DNA of 25,813 nucleotides from positions 1 to 25,813 of IMG/VR virus record IMGVR_UViG_3300012974_000005; one strand, written 5' to 3'. Source of the DNA: a virus. The notes below the pieces were generated by a model that saw nothing but the letters and a program-made list of their open reading frames with translations, was not told the origin of the DNA and did no database searches. The translations under genes were made by a program, and so were the position numbers. This document shows, in pieces, positions 19,909 to 25,813 of this stretch. The first letter of the stretch is position 1. The number at the start of each line of letters is the position of its first letter.

Positions 19909-20202
19909 ATGTTAGAAAGAATCAAACTTCTGTTGAGTAAAACTGATGACGACGCAGATGAACTATTGAATACCCTTATTTCTATGAGTAAAGAAGAGGC
20001 TTATATTTATTGTAATTTACCTGAATATGATAAACGCCTTGATTTTATTGTAGTATCTATGGTAATTGAAAAATATAATCGTATGGGTAGCGAAGGCACT
20101 ACAAGCCAGAGTTCCTCTGGTGTGTCCGCATCCTATGATAGTTTTTACAGCGATAAGATTGTGCGTATGCTAAATAAGTTTAGAAAGGTTAAGATGGTAT
20201 GA
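19909..20202 (+). CDS. Head-tail connector (gp6-like, Phage_connect_1-type)
   Basis: RBS aaggagg. LLSKTDDDADELLNTLISMSKEEAYIYCN fits the gp6-like connector N-terminal pattern. Position follows the capsid gene. Confidence 0.6.
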   Translation: MLERIKLLLSKTDDDADELLNTLISMSKEEAYIYCNLPEYDKRLDFIVVSMVIEKYNRMGSEGTTSQSSSGVSASYDSFYSDKIVRMLNKFRKVKMV

Positions 20203-20516
20203 TTAAAAGAGATACAATTCAGAGATATTCCGCCGTCCTAACCAAGGACGCAATGGGTGGAGATGTTGTTGATTTGAAGCCCGCAGAAAACATGAGAGCA
20301 CACGTTTCCATCAACTCTACTATTGGAGAAATCACCCAGTATGGACTGAAAGAAGAAATGGTTCTTCACGTCATTACTGATGTAGAGTTAGACATTTATA
20401 TTCATACTCGTTATATGTATTCCGGTCGTCTGTTTAGATTGGTCCGCCAGATTAAGCAGGGCAACGAGTATTATTCTACATTGATTGAAGTAAATGGAGG
20501 TAAGGCTAATGCTTAA
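20199..20516 (+). CDS. Head closure / head-tail adaptor (SPP1 gp16-like)
   Basis: The ATGA overlap with the upstream gene, ~105 aa size and synteny support this. Motif support is weak. Confidence 0.5.
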   Translation: MIKRDTIQRYSAVLTKDAMGGDVVDLKPAENMRAHVSINSTIGEITQYGLKEEMVLHVITDVELDIYIHTRYMYSGRLFRLVRQIKQGNEYYSTLIEVNGGKANA

Positions 20517-20838
20517 TTATAATGCTGAAACCCAGACTATTTCTATGATTGCGAAAGATACCGGAGATTTCGTAGTTGCTATTGATAATTATTTACTTGC
20601 CGAAGGCGATAAGGTGTTCTTTACTGTGAATGACGCACTTGAAAAAGAGACCGCACTTATCTCTATCGTCGTAAGCGAGTTTGTTGATAATAAAGCAATA
20701 ATTCGCTTGTCTGCGACCGATACTAATTTGGCTCCTGGTAATTATTACTATGACGTTCAGGTAAATACAGCCGATGGCCGTGTTGATACTGTATTAGGTC
20801 CAGCCAAGTTCAAAATCGCAGGAGGAGTGAAGTTCTAA
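20509..20838 (+). CDS. Small beta-sandwich (Ig-like) virion protein, function unknown
   Basis: ATG 20509 lies after ggagg. DKVFFTV...[22 protein letters not shown]...GPAKFKI is the strand pattern typical of phage Ig-like decoration or fibre-base domains. Confidence 0.45.
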   Translation: MLNYNAETQTISMIAKDTGDFVVAIDNYLLAEGDKVFFTVNDALEKETALISIVVSEFVDNKAIIRLSATDTNLAPGNYYYDVQVNTADGRVDTVLGPAKFKIAGGVKF

Positions 20839-21785
20839 TGAGTATTGAAGTTTTAAATAAAATGACAGCAGTGCCCGAAGAAACCCCTGTGATTAATGTG
20901 GCTCTTACCAATCCAACTTATCGTGGCCCCAAAGGAGATAAGGGTGATAAAGGCGATAAGGGAGATATTGGTCCTATTGGATTGACTGGTGCTACTGGCC
21001 CACAGGGCATCCAAGGTATTCCTGGCGAGCCTGGCCCGATTGGCCCACAAGGCATTCCTGGTAAAGTTGGACCATAGGGTCCAAAGGGAGATAAAGGAGA
21101 CCAAGGTGAAGTCGGTCCCCAAGGCCCTATCGGACCACGGGGAGAGCCGGGTCCAGAGGGCCCCGCAGGCGAAGGTGCTGATATTGTAAAATTAACAAAT
21201 ACTGATGTCCCTACCCAAGAGCAATGGGAAAAAATGGTAGCGAATTATAATGCTGAGGCTTTAGTCTATCCAATGACAGTAAATGATTAGCCAGTATTGT
21301 CTTTATATGTATCTGGTTCATTGTCATTAGGGGGCACATTAGTATTATTTACTACATCTCCCGCATTCGATTATAATAATTCTATGGACTATTATTTTAA
21401 TTTGACTGACTATTGGTTCCCAATGTCATCAGGCAAGGGACCACAAAAATGCTCTTCCTCTGGCGCAGCCTTTTTAGAAGCCGGAACAATTTCATTAAAG
21501 GGATATAAAACACCCGGCTCAAAAAAGAATATTTATGATGCGTTAAATTATTTAGACACCAACAAAATTGGTAGCGATGCGTTAGTTGCTTCTGGTATGA
21601 GTTATGATAATACTGAAACACAGATAGAAGCAACCACAGTCCAAGATGCGATAGACCATTTATTTGAGACTGCGATTGATGCGACTTATTTAGAAAACTT
21701 GGGCTATCAAACCGAAGCACAGGTTAATGCGTTGATTACTACTGCTCTTGGTAATATTGGCGTAGCCGAGGAAGGAGCGTATTAA
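20838..21785 (+). CDS. Collagen-like-repeat fibre protein (315 aa), two in-frame TAGs
   Basis: There are 28 uninterrupted G-X-Y triplets (20925..21176), including G-P-(TAG) at 21075-21077. ORF 20838..21077 and ORF 21297..21785 share one frame. The second TAG is at 21288-21290. Confidence 0.85.
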
Positions 21786-21787
21786 TT

Positions 21788-22969
21788 ATGAGTAAAGTAT
21801 TTATTGAAGAAACTACTTTAACTAATATTGGCACCGCCATTCGTGAGAAGACCGGAAAAACTGATTTGATTGCTCCTGGCGATATGCCTGCGGAAATTAG
21901 AGGTATTGTATCTGGCGGTGGCTCTGACGATTGTAACGGATTACACATTCCAGAAGAAGCATTAATTATTACTGGTAATTGTGATTATAGATTTTCCCAA
22001 GGTGGTTGGGATTGGTTTATTAATCAAGTGGGCGATAGGGTTACTACCAAAGACATTTTGAGCGCGCCTTCTATGTTCGCATATAGTAAAGTTGAGAATA
22101 TTCCATTTGATTTAAACTTTACACCAAACCTATATAGCAATAGTCTTACTAACATATTTCAATACTCTAAAATAAAGACAGCGCCACAAGTAAAAAATAT
22201 TATAGTAAGAAATATTGATAAAATGTTTCTTTACTGTCAGGAATTAGTGTCTATTCCAGAGAACTTTACAGAGACTTGGGATTGGACTGATATTGATAAT
22301 CAGACAAGTAGTTATACGGGTAATATGAGTCAAATGTTTAGTAATTGTAACAAATTACGACATATTCCAAGAAACTTTATCAATCACGGAAATCCAAGTT
22401 CCAGTTATTCTTATACTGTTCCTTATAATGGCTTTTTAAGTTGTTATGCGTTAGAAGAGATTGAAGATTTATCTTATTCAACCAATACGACTTTGGCTTC
22501 AAATATGTTTTATCACACCGTGGATGGTTGTTGCCGATTGAAAAGATTAACTTTGATAACCCAAGAGGATGGAACCCCTTACACTTGTAGATTAAAAAAT
22601 CAAACTATTGATTTAACAGTTCAAACTGGTAATTTCAAAGGGACTGCGACGGCTTATGTTAATGCGGGTCTGCCAGAAGATACAGTGATTGACAACGAAG
22701 AAAAGTGGCGTGGTTATATTGATGGCACTTATCCAGATGGATGGACCGCAGACGTTGCTTACAACACTTTTGGCGCAACTGCCGTAAAAGAGTTGATTGC
22801 GACTTTACCTGATACTTCTGCTTATTTAGCCACTACTACTGGAACAAATACTTTAAAGTTATTGAAGAACTCCGCAAGCGCCATCCCAGGAGAACATATT
22901 GAAACTAATTTGACAGAAGAAGATATCGCAGTCGCAACCGCAAAGGGTTGGACCGTTAGTTTAGTTTAA
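21788..22969 (+). CDS. Putative receptor-binding protein with BspA-type leucine-rich repeats (LRR_5-like)
   Basis: The N-terminus is TLTNIGTAIREKTGKTDLIAPGDMPAEIRGI, a motif common at the start of gut Firmicutes phage fibre proteins. Repeated units are MFAYSKVENIP, MFLYCQELVSIPENF, MFSNCNKLRHIPRNF and FLSCYALEEIEDL. Confidence 0.6.
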   Translation: MSKVFIEETTLTNIGTAIREKTGKTDLIAPGDMPAEIRGIVSGGGSDDCNGLHIPEEALIITGNCDYRFSQGGWDWFINQVGDRVTTKDILSAPSMFAYSKVENIPFDLNFTPNLYSNSLTNIFQYSKIKTAPQVKNIIVRNIDKMFLYCQELVSIPENFTETWDWTDIDNQTSSYTGNMSQMFSNCNKLRHIPRNFINHGNPSSSYSYTVPYNGFLSCYALEEIEDLSYSTNTTLASNMFYHTVDGCCRLKRLTLITQEDGTPYTCRLKNQTIDLTVQTGNFKGTATAYVNAGLPEDTVIDNEEKWRGYIDGTYPDGWTADVAYNTFGATAVKELIATLPDTSAYLATTTGTNTLKLLKNSASAIPGEHIETNLTEEDIAVATAKGWTVSLV

Positions 22970-22981
22970 GGAGGACAAATA

Positions 22982-23170
22982 ATGATTAGTAAAGATTTTA
23001 TTTTAACCAGATATGATGCTGATATTGGATGCGTATTTGACTGGAAAGAACCTCATTATATTGAAGATGAGAATGGAAATCAAATCCAGGAACATTTATA
23101 CGTGAAGACTTTATTTATTGGTTCTCACGATAGCATTGATAATTATATTGAGGTCGAAGAAGAGGTATAA
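22982..23170 (+). CDS. Small protein (62 aa), paralogue of 24250..24456
   Basis: RBS aaggagg. It shares EHLYVK(T/Y)LF(I/L)GS(H/N)DSIDNY with the 68-aa protein at 24250. Confidence 0.6.
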   Translation: MISKDFILTRYDADIGCVFDWKEPHYIEDENGNQIQEHLYVKTLFIGSHDSIDNYIEVEEEV

Positions 23171-23173
23171 GTT

Positions 23174-23713
23174 ATGGGCTTATATTGTAAAATAAATCTT
23201 GAAAGCGATTGGGGTCTCCCCAATCGCACTCCTGAATTAGGATTACCTATTGATTATACAGAAGCCATTGGGGTTTTTTCAGATACTTTTATGAGACTTA
23301 GTTAGGAAATGGTGCCAGTAGATACTGGTTTTTTAAAAAGTTCTTTAAGAAGTTTCGGAGACGGAATGACAATAGAAGCAGAAGCAACGGCAGATTATGC
23401 TTAGTATGTGGAGTATGGAACTTGGTGTTGTCCTGCTTAGCCATATTTTAATCCAGCAGTTGAATCTGCCAGTGATGCTGCTTTTGGAGTAGCAAAGCAA
23501 ATATATGATAGAGCGATAGCACAAGAGGCTGAAATGGTGAAGCAACAATTTATCGCTGAGGCTTAGAGTAGAGTTGCTGCCGCAGGCCGAGCAATGGGTG
23601 CTGACGCACTTATCGGTGGCATATTCCCTATGCTTGCTATGATGATTATTGGTAGTATTATGACCTTATTCAACGAATTTTTTTCAAGTATTTTTGGTGA
23701 TAATGACGAATAA
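23174..23713 (+). CDS. HK97 gp10-family tail-completion protein with a hydrophobic C-terminal extension, four in-frame TAGs
   Basis: It is missed by the ORF track because of TAG at 23303, 23402, 23438 and 23564. The translation contains MVPVDTGFLKSSL...ADYA(TAG)YVEYGT...PA(TAG)PYFNPA, the gp10-family core. The C-terminus is ALIGGIFPMLAMMIIGSIMTLFNEFF. Confidence 0.7.
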
Positions 23714-23730
23714 TAAGGAGGACTGATTAA

Positions 23731-24237
23731 ATGGCTACGGTAACTATTGACGGTGTAGAAGTTGTTATATCTGGTGGAAAAGCAAAATTATCGGCTCGAA
23801 GTTGGCAGGCAGCCAACTCAAGTATGTGGAGACCAGGTTCGGCTCAAGCAAACTATGCTTCATCATATAGCGCGAAAGCAAACCGTGTAATTCAATCTCT
23901 TAACTCTACTGGTAGTTATGTAAATTCAAAAGGTATGAGAACTTATATAAATAGAGGAAATGATATACTAAAACACGGTAGCATAATTAGACAGCAAGCA
24001 GACCGAGGAACTGAGGCCTGGGCAGTATAGCAGCGTATTGCGAGTATGGGAGGATTAGAACCTTAGCCCACAGGCGCCAGTATGGCAGATGTGATAGGAG
24101 AGATGGTTGAAGATATGATGGCGGAAGTCGAAAATATTGGAGATGATATCGCGCAAAAAGCACAAGCATACTTCGATAAAGTTTCTGACATAACTTCAAA
24201 CATCGGACAATCAATAGTAGATATATTCACTGATTAA
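23731..24237 (+). CDS. Hypothetical virion-module protein (168 aa), two in-frame TAGs
   Basis: RBS aaggagg. ORF 23731..24030 continues in frame through TAG 24028 and TAG 24064 to TAA 24235-24237. The acidic helical C-terminus is MADVIGEMVEDMMAEVENIGDDIAQKA. Confidence 0.6.
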
Positions 24238-24249
24238 GGAGTGTGAAAA

Positions 24250-24456
24250 ATGTTAGGAAGAAGAATGAAATCTTATAAGGCACCCGCAGGTAAAGTATAT
24301 GATTATGCGTTGCCTCGTATAATTACAGTAATAAATGATGCGGGCGAGCCAGAGCAAAGAGAAGAGCATTTATATGTGAAATATTTATTTTTAGGGTCAA
24401 ATGATTCTATCGATAATTATCGTATCGTTGATGACCCAAAAGGAGAACAAAGATGA
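24250..24456 (+). CDS. Small protein (68 aa), paralogue of 22982..23170
   Basis: RBS aaggag. EEHLYVKYLFLGSNDSIDNYRIVDD matches the 22982 protein. Nucleotide similarity is visible at 23090-23150 versus 24364-24425. Confidence 0.6.
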   Translation: MLGRRMKSYKAPAGKVYDYALPRIITVINDAGEPEQREEHLYVKYLFLGSNDSIDNYRIVDDPKGEQR

Positions 24457-24872
24457 TGTTATATAAATTAAAGACTCAGTTTTATTCTCTACTAAAGGAG
24501 TTAGGTTATAATATAACCGACAGCGCTGAATATAAAGAAAATTTTCCCTGGTTGATGCTAAGAACGGATGGCTATACAGCATTTAGAAGTTTTAACACTA
24601 ATATTTCAAATATCACACTAACACTTGATATTTTTTCAACTTATTGCGGAGAAAAAGAAATTATTGAAATCGCTGACGATATTGAATCACACTTAAGTGA
24701 AATGCGCCAAGACAATCCAGAGGTATTATATTGCTATCAAAAAACTATGAAAATTTTAGATGATAAATCCACTGGACCCGTGAGAAAGCACGGCATTATA
24801 ACTTATGAATTTTTAATGGGTTATGGCGTTGGATTTGATGAGGAGGTGCCTGACGATGGAACCGAGAACTAA
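24453..24872 (+). CDS. Tail terminator / tail completion-like protein (139 aa)
   Basis: Position immediately upstream of the tail tube gene, with ATGATG coupling. ENFPWLMLR...ITLTLDIFS resembles DUF3168-type tail terminator proteins (weak). Confidence 0.45.
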   Translation: MMLYKLKTQFYSLLKELGYNITDSAEYKENFPWLMLRTDGYTAFRSFNTNISNITLTLDIFSTYCGEKEIIEIADDIESHLSEMRQDNPEVLYCYQKTMKILDDKSTGPVRKHGIITYEFLMGYGVGFDEEVPDDGTEN

Positions 24873-25248
24873 CCTTGGCCGCAGCGTTGATATTACTCTT
24901 TATATTGATGGCTTACCTCTTGGAGGCCAGTAGAGCGCGAATCTATCTCGTCAATCCAGACTAATTGACATTACAAATAAAATTAATTCTGAATGGGAAG
25001 AAGTCCTTGGAGGAACAAAGAGTTGGTCGGTCGTGTGCTCTGGTGTATATGTAATAAATGACGAAGCCCTTGCTCTTTTGGAGGATGCGTTTATGAATAA
25101 TAAATTAATAACGGTTTCTTTAAATACAGGGTTTCAACGTTTATAGGGCCAGGCTTTAATTACTGATTTTCCTTTGAGCGCAGTGTTCGACAAAGAGTTT
25201 AAATATACTCTGAACCTCTTGGGGTCAGGTCCATTAGAAAGGGTGTAA
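24856..25248 (+). CDS. Major tail (tube) protein, 130 aa, two in-frame TAGs
   Basis: It is absent from the ORF track because of TAG 24931 and TAG 25144. RBS gaggagg. The translation LGGQ(TAG)SANLSRQSRLIDITNKINSEWEEVLGGTKSWSVVCSGVY...L(TAG)GQALITDFPLS...LLGSGPL fits the siphophage tail tube pattern (GGq.s..l.....id.T.K....w.e...g.ksws....G). Confidence 0.75.
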
Positions 25249-25249
25249 A

Positions 25250-25738
25250 ATGTTTTTACGAACCAATCGCAAAATCTATGAGTTCAAAATTGGTCTCAAA
25301 GGGTTAATTATGATGCGAGAAAACGCAGATTTAGTGATGGCAAATGATAAGAGATTTCTCTTATATTGCGGATTGGTTAGTAAGCAACCAGCAATTACAT
25401 TTCAAGAAATTGATGAAATCATAGAGGAATGCGACCTATCGAAATTTGACATCAATCAAGACATCCTTTCTATCTATGAAGTTGAGGAGTTATATACGAA
25501 AGCCGTAGGCGAAATCGGTATAACTCCTACCGACTTCTATACGATGACGCCTCACGAAATTGACCTTGCTTATGAGGGATATTTAAGAAGAAAAGAGACT
25601 GAGGCGAACTTAACTAAAATGGCTATTATTACAAGCCAAGATAATGAATTAATACGTTTGACCGAAGATAAAGGTTATTTCGTAGGAAGTAAAGCAGAGC
25701 GAGAAGAAGTGTTTAGATTATTGAATATTGAAGAATAA
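25250..25738 (+). CDS. Tail assembly chaperone (Gp15/TAC-like), 162 aa
   Basis: It lies directly after the tube gene. GITPTDFYTMTPHEIDLAYEGYLRRKE is the motif I associate with the Gp15 / gpT-like chaperone family. Confidence 0.6.
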   Translation: MFLRTNRKIYEFKIGLKGLIMMRENADLVMANDKRFLLYCGLVSKQPAITFQEIDEIIEECDLSKFDINQDILSIYEVEELYTKAVGEIGITPTDFYTMTPHEIDLAYEGYLRRKETEANLTKMAIITSQDNELIRLTEDKGYFVGSKAEREEVFRLLNIEE

Positions 25739-25813
25739 GGGGGATTTTAAATGAATTATAATGAACTCTTAAATAAAATATCTTCACAGATGTTGTCTGC
25801 GGCAGGCAAAGCC
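25691..25813. repeat. Terminal direct repeat copy 2, identical to 1..123
   Basis: Exact 123-nt identity with the window start. Confidence 0.95.
25751..25813 (+). CDS. 5' part of the 56-aa ORF (same sequence as 61..123), truncated by the window end
   Basis: Identical to 61..123 because of the terminal overlap. Confidence 0.55.
   Translation, partial: MNYNELLNKISSQMLSAAGKA

Noticed and set aside
3988-21189. Alternative-frame + strand ORFs (3988..4176, 8674..8901, 11091..11303, 12150..12344, 14718..14975, 18415..18636, 20989..21189)
   Set aside because: They are embedded out of frame in longer genes with clear homology patterns and have no RBS. The 20989 ORF is the off-frame reading of the collagen repeat.
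338-24582. All minus-strand track ORFs (e.g. 338..529, 4656..4892, 5124..5471, 6792..7100, 10865..11254, 14506..14841, 17658..18114, 19428..19925, 20853..21122, 21397..21948, 23345..23548, 23987..24214)
   Set aside because: Each lies antisense to a well-supported + strand gene, lacks an RBS, and has low-complexity or odd composition. They are shadow ORFs.
270-25146. TAG decoded as pyrrolysine
   Set aside because: There are no pylT/pylS/pylBCD-like genes. TAG is too frequent and occurs in structural proteins. The collagen G-P-TAG versus G-P-Q pattern favours Gln. This cannot be fully excluded without alignments or proteomics.
25250-25813. Programmed -1 frameshift (G/GT-type) extending the tail chaperone
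   Set aside because: There is no extended overlapping ORF in the -1 or +1 frame. The next ORF is in the same frame, separated by two TAA codons.

Overview
The window is a complete, circularly closed tailed-phage genome. Its first 123 nt are identical to its last 123 nt, so the unique length is 25,690 bp. It is AT-rich, carries 31 genes all on the + strand, and has Firmicutes-style AGGAGG ribosome-binding sites. Gene order: tail tube, chaperone and a 56-aa ORF in the tape-measure slot (25250..25813, wrapping to 61..231); a 2,931-aa Dit-like adhesin (231..9026); a separate Dit C-domain protein; a short Tal. Then an early/replication block follows two near-consensus sigma-A promoters: small proteins, an HTH protein, an HNH homing endonuclease, a Rep-like winged-helix protein and iteron-like repeats. 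The late block runs TerS, TerL, SPP1-type portal, a holin-like membrane protein, gp7-like minor head protein, scaffold, major capsid, connectors, a collagen-like fibre plus BspA-type LRR protein, gp10-like protein, tail terminator and tail tube. The main result is that TAG is not a stop codon here. There are 27 in-frame TAG codons in 11 otherwise intact genes (TerS, TerL, portal, minor head, collagen fibre, gp10-like, tail tube, Tal, giant Dit, HNH and one unknown). No gene terminates with TAG: 25 end in TAA and 6 in TGA. A TAG sits in the Y position of a G-P-X collagen triplet that is G-P-Q three other times, so TAG most likely encodes Gln (code-15-like). I found no suppressor tRNA, release factor or tRNA synthetase in the roughly 900 nt of non-coding DNA, so how TAG is decoded is open. 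Other oddities are two six-frame ORFs fused by TAG into one giant repeat-rich adhesin, a split Dit, no normal-length tape measure gene, a fibre module inside the head-tail joining module, and no recognisable endolysin, integrase or repressor. All family assignments come from motif recognition by eye. No database search was run.
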